From the IMG/VR virus record IMGVR_UViG_3300025832_000001: a stretch of 64,000 nt of DNA. One strand, given 5' to 3'. Below the pieces are notes generated by a model. It made no database searches. It was not told the origin of the DNA and saw nothing but the letters and a program-made list of their open reading frames with translations. The stretch's first letter is position 1. Every line of letters starts with the position of its first letter. This document shows positions 8,201-16,148 of this stretch, one piece after another. The DNA is from a virus. A program made the translations under genes and the position numbers.

Positions 8201-11003
8201 TTTGACCCATGAATGGGATATAAATCTTACAACCAAATTAACTTTAAATTCTACTGGTCTAATAGCTGCTGATAATATAGATGCTTCAAGCTATTCAGGG
8301 CCTGGGCAAGGTTTAGATAATTTATTGCCTTTAGGGGTTTATTCTACAACGCCAGGCACGGCGGGTGTTTTAATAAAAACAAATATAGCATCAAATAATT
8401 ATGGTTTTATATTTGGAACTATTAATTTAGAACAGTTTAATTTTACAAGTGTACAAAGAATTCAACTTTCTGCTACAGTAGCAAGCAATGGAACTGTAGT
8501 AACCAAAGCCGCAACTTCTGATATTGCAATAACTATGAAACTGTTTCATGTAGGTGGATACTGGCATATACACTTGCCAACCGCGAGCACTTATGTTACA
8601 GCATCTGCTTATATATATACAGGAGCAGGTTATCAGGGCCAAGCAAAAGGATTTAACGAAGTTAACACTATAACGGTGAATCCTGTTCCTTCGGGAGCAA
8701 CAAGTTCTGTTGATATTGTTGCAGATGTTTATGTAACAACTGGTTCTGCTGGCGGATCGGGTCCATTTTTACCACTTTCAGCTGGGTCAAGTTATCCTTT
8801 GACTGGTACCTTGTATTTGGGTAACGTAGGGAGTGACCAAAAAATACAATTTCAAAGAACTGGGGGAAATGTTTATTCGATAGAGCATGACTCTGCGCAA
8901 TTATACTTTTACAACAGAACGACTACAGAATCTCCTTTAGTAATACAAAACGATGGAGATGTTCTAATGAATGCAGGCAACGTCGGGATCGGAACGACTG
9001 GGCCTTCTAAAAAATTAGAAGTTAATGGTAGCTTTAAATTAGGAACAAACGCTTATATTGAATATGGAGGTGTTTATCCTTATACTATAACGACTGCAAA
9101 TACAGCAGCTGTAGGTAATTTAGTTTTTTCCGCAGGTTTAGGAAGTGCTGCATATGAATCAAGAATAGATTTACAAGGGACTAACACAGCAGGCGTTGCT
9201 GGTATAACATTATCTACTGCATCAACTGCCAGAATGGTTGTAACTGCAGATGGAGATGTCGGTATCGGAACATCAACACCTAACGCTAAACTTGATATAC
9301 AAGGAACACAAGGTCAGTTATTCTCAGTTACAGATGATTTATCTGGTGAGATATTTGCAGTGGCAGATATATCTGGTGTACCTATAATGACAGTTAATTC
9401 AAGTGGTGTATCTTACTTTGACGGAAACGTCGGTATTGGAACGACTAACCCTGCTTCAACTTTAGAAATAGCAAAAAACGACCAAACAAATGGAGCAACA
9501 TTAAGTATTACTAATAGTTTTAATGGTAGTGATTGGAGTGCAGGAGACATTATAGGGGCAATTAATTTTAGAATGGATGACACTTCTAATGCTGAAAAGA
9601 TTAGGGGTCAAATAAAGGTTTTTGAAGATTCTGCAACCAGCTCTGCATACCCTCCATTTAATGCAATGTCTTTTTCTACAGCAAATGGTAGTTCTTTGAT
9701 AGAAAGAATGCGTATAAACAGTTCTGGAAACGTTGGTATAGGAACAGGTAGTGCTGTTTATGGAGATTTACATTTACAAGGTAGTCAGCAGGATATAGTA
9801 TTAACAAATAATGCTGCTGATGGAGCTGCTAATTCAACTATATCAAGGATTATAGGTCAAGCAAGAGGTTACTCCAATAATGGCTCCGCTATGCAGTCTA
9901 TTGATTTTGTAACAAATGCAACAACTTGGTATAAAGGGGATATAGTTTTTAAAACCAACAACACAGACGGGACTGATACAAGCGTTGCTGCTACTGAAAG
10001 AATGCGTATTGCATCAAATGGTAATGTTGGTGTTGGATTTACAAGTCCTGATTTATCTCCTTTGTCAAGTATGAAACTATCCGTTAATGGTAATGGTTAT
10101 TTTGCAGGCAACGTCGGGATCGGAGTTACTGGACCTCAATCAAAACTACATATAGAAACAGGTAGTGGAGGTACTTACATTCCAAACGCAAGTCACGATG
10201 ATGTGACTATTGAAGGTAGTGGAAATATTGGGTTACAATTATTTAGCCCTAATACTACTTACCAGTATATCGCTTTCGGCGATCCTGATAGTGTTAACGC
10301 AGGCTATATAAGGTATCACCACGGAACCAACAAAATGGTGCTTAGAACAAATGGGGGTGATCGGTTGCATATAGACTCTTCTGGTAACGTTGGTATTGGT
10401 CCTAGCACAACTAGTCCAGCGCATAAGCTAGAAGTTAGAGATGGAACTATTAGTGGGGAAATAGCTAAATTTTCTGCAATCGGTGCCACAGTTGTTATTG
10501 AATCATCTACAGCAGGTAATGCCAAGCTGTTTTTAAAACCAAATACTACTGGTTCAAAAAGAGGTGAATTTAGGGTTACAGACGCTAATGATTATGGTTT
10601 TTTATGGACAGCTGACACTAGCGCTAATGGAACTGCTTATATGGAATTAGAAGCAAGTTCTACTGGGGGTGGAGATTTAACAGTAAAAGGAGATGTAATA
10701 GCTTACGGCTCGCCTTCTGATAAAAAATATAAAGAAAACATTAAGCCAATTGAAAGCGCTTTAGATAAAGCAATGAAACTTCAAGGTGTTACATTTGATT
10801 GGAAAGACAGTGAGAGTATATTAGAAATAAAAAAAGATATAGGTTTTATAGCTCAAGATGTTCAAGAAGTGTTACCAGAACTAGTTAGAGAAAATAAAAA
10901 AGGAAATTTATCTTTAAGGTATCAAGGTATAACACCTATATTATTAGAAGCTATAAAAGAATTAAAAGCAGAAATAGAGGAACTTAAAAAACAAATTAAG
11001 TAA
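5238..11003 (+). CDS. Giant tail fibre/spike protein with C-terminal peptidase-S74 intramolecular chaperone domain
   Basis: 1921 aa with about 11 GNVGIG..P..KL.V units. The C-terminus from Ser codon 10716 reads SDKKYKENIKPIESALDKAMKLQGVTFDWKD...GFIAQDVQEVLPELV...LRYQGITPILLEAIKELKAEIEELKK. This matches the autoproteolytic chaperone domain of endosialidase-type fibres (S-D-x-x-x-K-x-N-I start, terminal coiled coil). Confidence 0.85.
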   Translation: MANEFKIKKGLIVTGASGGTVVDIQGSQGQLFSVTDDLSGSIFAVSDISGVPIFDVNSSGLSTFDGLVSGITPVNAANFVTKAYVDGSGGGTGPFLPLAGGTLTGTLISTENQGSASIYINSSRPSLGFTDTNSFPDPNDIYLIRGTSGAKLVFQFYDDSSSTATETFSIDPQGNSVFQNTLVAKGNITSQTTGGAGLNLRRDDTSISGTNTLGYILFQGDDPTDGTFNNGAAIFGKADGSWSSGAYPGQLLLQTRNTTGGLVTALTLAKDQNATFSTQAFATTATSSGDASSTLTTKGYVDGLITGATIYRGTWQAGISATSTGTTSSSTTLTVSAAILDAAGNTPVLVGAVVTGAGITGTVKVASVTSSTVYELDTAISATATAYIFSPIYGAPDLSGVTQTSGYYYICSEAGSATPNGAGTEPNTWDVGDWVIWNDDVGASGEWQKVDNSSVLSGVGTGQTVALWEGPSSVTDSETLGNSILTQQSDDEISILSTSATTGQLGKLTIYGYDDGDTNVKNLQLNVDNGGDSNIIASGPYLWLDSASYIASKKVHIFQQDIFMYNNNHIRFLDGPGDSWNDVLGVTSADIVQIGAIASFNTNLGEVAIYSNNTEAIRIDVDQNVGIGTASPDSPLEVQFTEATGTAKQMLHIDYNSTNNYGSGYLKISAGGSSQALTFIEQVTSGGNGLFGTYIDTNIINKGLSASAHGNINFVTGSSTSASSIVMTIGGGSQKGNVGIGTTLPGYKLDVAEKIRMVGGLKITPTTSNLYAEDGTLSYYSASNGVYLNGAGANGWLRLNASGVQNDQNSINIYGSAGNYMNFRTANSTRMIINSVGNVGINTTSPVVRLHVQGNNIATRTTTTAQSVLRLVRDVTDAAFPSTKDSAVDFMLSRQQSVNNNLPYTRLDFRLAGTTDSSTPSLDVMSLLYNGNVGIGTTNPQTNLVISNAAGGTGGVNLEIQPISTSVVQSYINRSVSPAVYIKNEQRALTHEWDINLTTKLTLNSTGLIAADNIDASSYSGPGQGLDNLLPLGVYSTTPGTAGVLIKTNIASNNYGFIFGTINLEQFNFTSVQRIQLSATVASNGTVVTKAATSDIAITMKLFHVGGYWHIHLPTASTYVTASAYIYTGAGYQGQAKGFNEVNTITVNPVPSGATSSVDIVADVYVTTGSAGGSGPFLPLSAGSSYPLTGTLYLGNVGSDQKIQFQRTGGNVYSIEHDSAQLYFYNRTTTESPLVIQNDGDVLMNAGNVGIGTTGPSKKLEVNGSFKLGTNAYIEYGGVYPYTITTANTAAVGNLVFSAGLGSAAYESRIDLQGTNTAGVAGITLSTASTARMVVTADGDVGIGTSTPNAKLDIQGTQGQLFSVTDDLSGEIFAVADISGVPIMTVNSSGVSYFDGNVGIGTTNPASTLEIAKNDQTNGATLSITNSFNGSDWSAGDIIGAINFRMDDTSNAEKIRGQIKVFEDSATSSAYPPFNAMSFSTANGSSLIERMRINSSGNVGIGTGSAVYGDLHLQGSQQDIVLTNNAADGAANSTISRIIGQARGYSNNGSAMQSIDFVTNATTWYKGDIVFKTNNTDGTDTSVAATERMRIASNGNVGVGFTSPDLSPLSSMKLSVNGNGYFAGNVGIGVTGPQSKLHIETGSGGTYIPNASHDDVTIEGSGNIGLQLFSPNTTYQYIAFGDPDSVNAGYIRYHHGTNKMVLRTNGGDRLHIDSSGNVGIGPSTTSPAHKLEVRDGTISGEIAKFSAIGATVVIESSTAGNAKLFLKPNTTGSKRGEFRVTDANDYGFLWTADTSANGTAYMELEASSTGGGDLTVKGDVIAYGSPSDKKYKENIKPIESALDKAMKLQGVTFDWKDSESILEIKKDIGFIAQDVQEVLPELVRENKKGNLSLRYQGITPILLEAIKELKAEIEELKKQIK

Positions 11004-11470
11004 TGGCTATACCAACTTCAGGAGCATTATCTATGGAATCCATAGCGCAAGAGGCTTTATATGGCACTTGGGGGTCAGGAACGATAACTGGTCCAATTTC
11101 TATGTACGATATGATAAATGGCGGAAACACTAAGGGGTCTGGTAATTCATATCCTACGGTAAACGATGGGTGTACACCAAATCCTGTTGATAGGAGCTAT
11201 TATCAAATTACTTTAACGTTAGCCCAATCAGGCAATACACAACAAGTAACCGTTTTTACAACAAGAAACCCTATTACTGGTTTAGTAACAAATGATGTTT
11301 TATATGATTATGTAAATGGATCATATGCAGCTTGGACGGGTGCTTCACAAACTTATTCATATTGGATATTTGGTCAAGGAACATTTTTTGGTTGTACATC
11401 AAGTGAGTGTCCTAACATTTCAGTTAGTTCGTCTGGGGTAGTAACTACTAACGGGTGTCTTTGCCCATAA
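11003..11470 (+). CDS. Hypothetical Cys-containing protein (fibre-module accessory), related at its C-terminus to the next gene
   Basis: 155 aa. ATG overlaps the fibre stop. Ends ...SSGVVTTNGCLCP, compared with ...VSGVCTSVGICSP in the 280-aa neighbour. Confidence 0.5.
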   Translation: MAIPTSGALSMESIAQEALYGTWGSGTITGPISMYDMINGGNTKGSGNSYPTVNDGCTPNPVDRSYYQITLTLAQSGNTQQVTVFTTRNPITGLVTNDVLYDYVNGSYAAWTGASQTYSYWIFGQGTFFGCTSSECPNISVSSSGVVTTNGCLCP

Positions 11471-11479
11471 ATATAAATT

Positions 11480-12322
11480 ATGCCTATAGCTTATCCATAT
11501 AGATTTTCCGATTGGTACGGTTACGATAAAGACTGTACGCCAGTTGGTCCTGCTTTTTACATGACTAACACCGGTGTGGCTACAACTGCAACACCAGCGT
11601 ATTCATGTAACTATATATTTGATGGGAGTTTTTATGCTTCAATTTATTATCACGATGGAAGCGGTTCTACGCCTGTAGTAGGAGATACTGTTTATACAGA
11701 TTCAGCTGGTAATAACGAATATAATCCTTCAAGTAATTTATGGAAGGGTAATGCAACCGGTCATACCACAGGAGGTACAGGTTTGTATAGGTTTGATAGT
11801 GGAAGTGGACAAGTAAAACAATTATATACGTGTGGCCTAAGTTCATTTAGCAGTTCTGTTGACAATAACCCATCCAGTGTTTGTAGCGCAACTATGAATC
11901 AAACTTATTATCATAATGGAACTGGAACAATACCTATAGCTGGTAATACTACTTATTCTTCAAACAGTGGAACATATCCTTATTTATCATCTGGAAATTA
12001 TAAAGTATCGTCAACTCAATATATTACAGTTGGGTCGAATGGGTTAGTTTCAAGCTTAAATACCTGTGTAACATTAACATCTTTTAGCTCGGGGTCAGGG
12101 CAAACTGATGTAAAGTTCGTATGCACACAATCTGTAAATACAACAAAATACCATGATGGGTCAGGGTCTAATCCTCAAGTTAATGATAATGTTTACGATA
12201 ACTCTACGGGGACTACAGCAACTTCAAATGGATTTTATACAGTTGGAAGTGGTAGCAATATATTAGGCTACTACAGAGTGGTAAGCGGAGTGTGCACATC
12301 GGTTGGAATATGTTCACCGTAA
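11480..12322 (+). CDS. Hypothetical protein with three Cys-bracketed ~65-80-aa repeats
   Basis: 280 aa. The core Y-[YH]-[HD]-G-[ST]-G-x-x-P-x-x-[GN]-[DN]-x-[VT]-Y occurs three times (YYHDGSGSTPVVGDTVY, YYHNGTGTIPIAGNTTY, KYHDGSGSNPQVNDNVY). Each module lies between Cys residues (C43-C118, C135-C196, C215-C272/278). Confidence 0.5.
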   Translation: MPIAYPYRFSDWYGYDKDCTPVGPAFYMTNTGVATTATPAYSCNYIFDGSFYASIYYHDGSGSTPVVGDTVYTDSAGNNEYNPSSNLWKGNATGHTTGGTGLYRFDSGSGQVKQLYTCGLSSFSSSVDNNPSSVCSATMNQTYYHNGTGTIPIAGNTTYSSNSGTYPYLSSGNYKVSSTQYITVGSNGLVSSLNTCVTLTSFSSGSGQTDVKFVCTQSVNTTKYHDGSGSNPQVNDNVYDNSTGTTATSNGFYTVGSGSNILGYYRVVSGVCTSVGICSP

Positions 12323-12352
12323 AATAAATAAATAAATCTTTAAAATTAAAAA

Positions 12353-12733
12353 ATGGCAATTACTTACAAATGGGATATCCCGCAAATGAATGCTCACATC
12401 CAAGCGGATGGGCAAGACAACGTAATCTACACAGTACATTACAGATACACAGGCTCTGAAGAATCTGGAGGTGAAACTTATTCATCAACTAGCATTGGAA
12501 CACAAAGTTATACATATGTAGCAGGTGAGCCTTTTGTACCTTACGAAGATACTGAAGCTTTTGAAGCTGTAGTTATTGGATGGTTAGAAGGATCATTAGA
12601 CGTGCCAGCAATACAAGCTAGCATAGCCGCAAGTATAGAATCTCAAATTACACCTGTAAACGAAGACTTATACTTCACATGGCAAAATCCAACTCCACCG
12701 GTACCACCAGTAGAAGAGGAAGAAGAAGAATAG
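12353..12733 (+). CDS. Hypothetical protein with a poly-Glu C-terminal tail
   Basis: 126 aa ORF ending PPVPPVEEEEEE. No motif recognised. Confidence 0.45.
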   Translation: MAITYKWDIPQMNAHIQADGQDNVIYTVHYRYTGSEESGGETYSSTSIGTQSYTYVAGEPFVPYEDTEAFEAVVIGWLEGSLDVPAIQASIAASIESQITPVNEDLYFTWQNPTPPVPPVEEEEEE

Positions 12734-12818
12734 GTAAATATTACTAAAAACAAGTGATAATACAAATATACCCTGCTCGGGAAGAGCATTAACCAATGTC
12801 TAACTAAAACCAAAACCA

Positions 12819-13109
12819 ATGACATTTTATTACCAGACTAGTTCGTGGAATAGTCAACCACAAGTTACAGATGAAACCAAGAAAGTATGGGAGCATATAA
12901 TTCAGAAAAAAAACTGGAGGATTGTTCAACTACCAAATGGATTTTTTCAAACTGAATACCTTGATCCTAAAGAAGAAGATTCTTGGATCGACGTAACGAG
13001 ACGTGAAACAATGGAAGGTGCAGAGTCAGCAATTGACGCTTCAATTAACCATTATGAGAAAAAACTTTCTTATATTCGCGGACCACAAGTCGTTAAAACC
13101 TTTAAATAA
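12819..13109 (+). CDS. Hypothetical protein
   Basis: 96 aa ORF on the same strand as its neighbours. No motif recognised. Confidence 0.45.
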   Translation: MTFYYQTSSWNSQPQVTDETKKVWEHIIQKKNWRIVQLPNGFFQTEYLDPKEEDSWIDVTRRETMEGAESAIDASINHYEKKLSYIRGPQVVKTFK

Positions 13110-13117
13110 AATAAATC

Positions 13118-13137
13118 AAATTAAATTAAATTAAATT
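13118..13137 (+). repeat. (AAATT)x4 tandem pentamer abutting the GroEL start codon
   Basis: AAATTAAATTAAATTAAATT is followed directly by ATG at 13138. Shorter versions sit before the ATGs at 31012, 36674 and 56735 (- strand). Confidence 0.85.
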
Positions 13138-14712
13138 ATGTCTGACAAAATAGTCAAAAACTTAAGCTTTGGTGACAAAGCTAAGTTTGAAGTATTTAAA
13201 GGAATAGAACAACTCACAAGTGCTGTTGGCTCCACATTAGGGGCCAGCGGTAAATGTGTGATAATGGAGGACAGTAACGGTGATCCTATAATAACAAAAG
13301 ATGGTGTTACAGTTGCTAATTCTATTATATTAAAAAATCCTATTCACAATATGGGTGCTACACTTTTAAAAGAAGCAGCACGTAAAACGGTAAAAGAAGC
13401 TGGAGATGGAACCACCACAGCAACAATATTAGCACACGCTATATTAGCTGAGGTTTATAACTCTAAGCAAAAAGATACTAGTATAAGAGTAACTAAACAA
13501 AACATCTTAGAAGCTGTTAATGACGTTATAAGTTATATAGATAAAAACAGTATTGAAGTGTCAGGTGACATGATAGATAATGTAGCAACTATATCAACTA
13601 ATAACGATAAAGAGTTAGGTAAGTTAATAGCTGATGCTTTTAGAGAGGTTGGCACAACGGGTGTTGTAACAATGGAAGCCTCTGAATCAGGTAACACGGA
13701 AGTTGAAATACTAGAAGGCGTTGAATATAATAGAGGTTATTCTCACGCAAACTTTACAACTAATAAAGAAAAGAAAACCGCTGAATTAGAAAATCCAGTT
13801 GTTTTAATAATGGAATCAAAAGTAGATTCAATAAGGCAAATACAATCAGTTTTAGAACATGTTATAAAAAATAATAAATCATTATTATTAATAGCTGAAA
13901 TAGAACCACCAGTGTTATCAGCTCTTATGATGAATAAAATGAAGGGTAATATAAAGCTTAATGTTATTGAGCCTCCTTCTTATGGTTTAAATAGAAAAAC
14001 AATACTAGATGATTTAGCTTTGCTAACAAATTCTACGATTGTAAATGAAGACCTAGGAGACGACTTAAGCGTTATAGACTTAGATTACTTAGGTCAATGC
14101 GTTAAAGCTTCTTCTGACAATGAAAGAACGATTATAACAGTAGATGATCTAAGTGACGAAGTGCTAGACATTATAAAAAGCATTAAAAAAGAATTAAAGC
14201 AGAAAAATAAACCACATACAATTATAAATCTAGAAAGAAGATTGGCTAGATTGTCAGCTAAAGTAGCTATAGTTAAAGTTGGTGCTAATTCTGATATTGA
14301 ATTAAAAGAAAAAACAGATAGAGTCGAAGACGCTATTTGCGCTACTAAAGCCGCAATAAAAGAAGGTATAGTACCAGGTGGAGGAATCGCCTTATTAAAC
14401 GCTTCAAATAATTTAAAATCTAAATCAATAGGCCAGCAGTGTTTATACAATGCTATAAAAGCTCCTTTTAATATGATACTAAGTAATGCAGGTTTGTCTT
14501 TAACTAAAAAACAAGATGATTATTTAGTTTCTAATGAAGGTTATGGTTTAGATGTGGTTACAGGAAATATGGTAAATATGGTAAAAGAAGGTATTATAGA
14601 CCCTTCTCTTGTTACTAAAAGTGCCCTTATAAATGCGGCTTCTGTAGCTACAACTATTATGTCAACCGATTGTGTAATCAATAACGTAAGAGTAGATGAA
14701 AGCGCTAGGTAG
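13138..14712 (+). CDS. groEL: GroEL-type (Cpn60) chaperonin
   Basis: 524 aa. N-terminus has KFG..A......GI..L..AV..TLG..G. The canonical nucleotide-binding block AGDGTTTATILA is at about nt 13399-13434. Also has IVPGGG and DPSLVT motifs. It lacks the GGM-repeat C-terminal tail. Confidence 0.9.
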   Translation: MSDKIVKNLSFGDKAKFEVFKGIEQLTSAVGSTLGASGKCVIMEDSNGDPIITKDGVTVANSIILKNPIHNMGATLLKEAARKTVKEAGDGTTTATILAHAILAEVYNSKQKDTSIRVTKQNILEAVNDVISYIDKNSIEVSGDMIDNVATISTNNDKELGKLIADAFREVGTTGVVTMEASESGNTEVEILEGVEYNRGYSHANFTTNKEKKTAELENPVVLIMESKVDSIRQIQSVLEHVIKNNKSLLLIAEIEPPVLSALMMNKMKGNIKLNVIEPPSYGLNRKTILDDLALLTNSTIVNEDLGDDLSVIDLDYLGQCVKASSDNERTIITVDDLSDEVLDIIKSIKKELKQKNKPHTIINLERRLARLSAKVAIVKVGANSDIELKEKTDRVEDAICATKAAIKEGIVPGGGIALLNASNNLKSKSIGQQCLYNAIKAPFNMILSNAGLSLTKKQDDYLVSNEGYGLDVVTGNMVNMVKEGIIDPSLVTKSALINAASVATTIMSTDCVINNVRVDESAR

Positions 14713-14956
14713 AAATTTAATAATAGAAAAAATAAAAGAAGGAACTACCTCAACAAAAGGTGGTTTACTTTTAGCTGAATCACATAAAGATGACATTAGG
14801 TATTTAAAAGCCAATGTAATTAGTATAGGTGATGAAGTTGAGGGATTGAATACTGGTGATGTTATATTTTACGACAGACATTCAGGTCACAAAGTAGAAT
14901 TAAAAGATAAGTCGTACCACGTAATAAAATTACAAGACGTGGTCGTTGTTTTATGA
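14696..14956 (+). CDS. groES: GroES-type (Cpn10) co-chaperonin
   Basis: 86 aa. LGRNLIIEKIKE....TKGGLLLAES..........ANVISIGDEV.GLNTGDVIFYDRHSGHKVELKDKSYHVIKLQDVVVVL follows the GroES pattern (mobile loop, GG, VGD, terminal hydrophobic strand). Overlaps the groEL 3' end by 17 nt. Confidence 0.75.
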   Translation: MKALGRNLIIEKIKEGTTSTKGGLLLAESHKDDIRYLKANVISIGDEVEGLNTGDVIFYDRHSGHKVELKDKSYHVIKLQDVVVVL

Positions 14957-15402
14957 AAAAGCTATCAGCAAGTGATTTAAAAGATATAAACTTGCTTAAA
15001 CATTACCGGATAATCCGCAAATGGGCTTCCAAAAACAACGACTTAAATGAAGCTGATTTAGAGTTGTTAATATACTTAGACTGTGTTGACTTATTTACAA
15101 TTAAAGATTTCAAAAAAGGTGTTTATTCTTATAGCTGGGATAACAGAAGGTGGAGTAGATTAATAAAAGATAATTGGATAGTTGTTTGGAGAAAAAGAAA
15201 TAGAACTAATCAAACTTATAATATATATAAGGTTTCTGTTAAAGGCAAACAATTAATTAGTAGGATGTATAGAATAATGCTACAAGAAGAAGAAATACCA
15301 ACTAGCACTAGAAGAAATAAAATAATGAAAAGAAAAACATATATGGATAAAGTATTGACTACATCTATAAATGATATAAACAAGGAAATAAATAAAAACT
15401 AA
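14953..15402 (+). CDS. Hypothetical basic protein
   Basis: 149 aa, rich in K/R/W. ATGA overlap with the upstream gene. Confidence 0.45.
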   Translation: MKKLSASDLKDINLLKHYRIIRKWASKNNDLNEADLELLIYLDCVDLFTIKDFKKGVYSYSWDNRRWSRLIKDNWIVVWRKRNRTNQTYNIYKVSVKGKQLISRMYRIMLQEEEIPTSTRRNKIMKRKTYMDKVLTTSINDINKEINKN

Positions 15403-15405
15403 ATT

Positions 15406-15624
15406 ATGCACGATTTAAAATACGATCCATCAATGGAAAAATTAAAGCCAGGAAAACACGTAGGTATAGTAGGTGAATCTCACATATGGGATGGACCTCT
15501 AGATCAGTCAGGTAGAGCTCATGGTATGGGTTCAAGTTCTGGTATAACTGGAATGCAAATATTAAAAGCGCCTATTTCTTACAAAGGAACAAGCCCTGTG
15601 ATACTTGCACAAGAAGAATCATAA
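15406..15624 (+). CDS. Hypothetical protein
   Basis: 72 aa ORF, tightly packed with its neighbours. Confidence 0.4.
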   Translation: MHDLKYDPSMEKLKPGKHVGIVGESHIWDGPLDQSGRAHGMGSSSGITGMQILKAPISYKGTSPVILAQEES

Positions 15625-15636
15625 AAAATAAAAAAA

Positions 15637-16140
15637 ATGAGTACATACAACGCATCATTAACCGTTATACCCAGTGACGATTATAATTTACCTCAACCTG
15701 GGTTATTAAAAACTGGATCAGCGGCTGCGGGTTCTAATACTACAACTTTAATTGATTCATCTGCTGAGTTTACAAATGCTAAAACAAACGCATTGGGGTA
15801 TAACATAAGCAGTGGTGATATTATATATAACAAGACGCAGAGCAAATGCTATCAAGTTAAAAACGTAGTAAGTGACACAACTATAACTATAGCTACAGCA
15901 GGCGTTGCAATAGCAACCAATGATGTGTATGAAATATACAAAGGCAATGTAGCTGGTAGCGAGGGTTATTCTTTGTACTTTGGAACTACAGGTGATGTTA
16001 AAATTACAGATGTTTCAGGAAATACAACAACTATAAATAATATTCCAGCTGGTAAAATACTTGATCTACAAGTGGTAAAAGTTTTTGCTTCTTCACCAAC
16101 ACCTCCTATTGACATAGTATTATTAGATAAATTAGATTAA
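15637..16140 (+). CDS. Hypothetical protein (possible virion component)
   Basis: 167 aa, rich in T/S/A/G and beta-like in character. Confidence 0.45.
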   Translation: MSTYNASLTVIPSDDYNLPQPGLLKTGSAAAGSNTTTLIDSSAEFTNAKTNALGYNISSGDIIYNKTQSKCYQVKNVVSDTTITIATAGVAIATNDVYEIYKGNVAGSEGYSLYFGTTGDVKITDVSGNTTTINNIPAGKILDLQVVKVFASSPTPPIDIVLLDKLD

Positions 16141-16148
16141 AAAAAATT

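Noticed and set aside
5304-9425. A diversity-generating retroelement (template/variable repeat pair) explaining the duplicated fibre module
   Set aside because: The differences between the copies involve all four bases, are mostly synonymous or scattered, and are not adenine-specific. No reverse transcriptase is present in the window.
1199-14450. Antisense ORFs in the fibre, LamG and GroEL genes (1199-1402, 4500-4784, 5171-5407, 6461-6739, 8427-8642, 10239-10525, 12643-12825, 14094-14450)
   Set aside because: Each is fully or largely nested opposite a long motif-bearing + strand gene, and none has a motif of its own. No other - strand gene exists in this arm.
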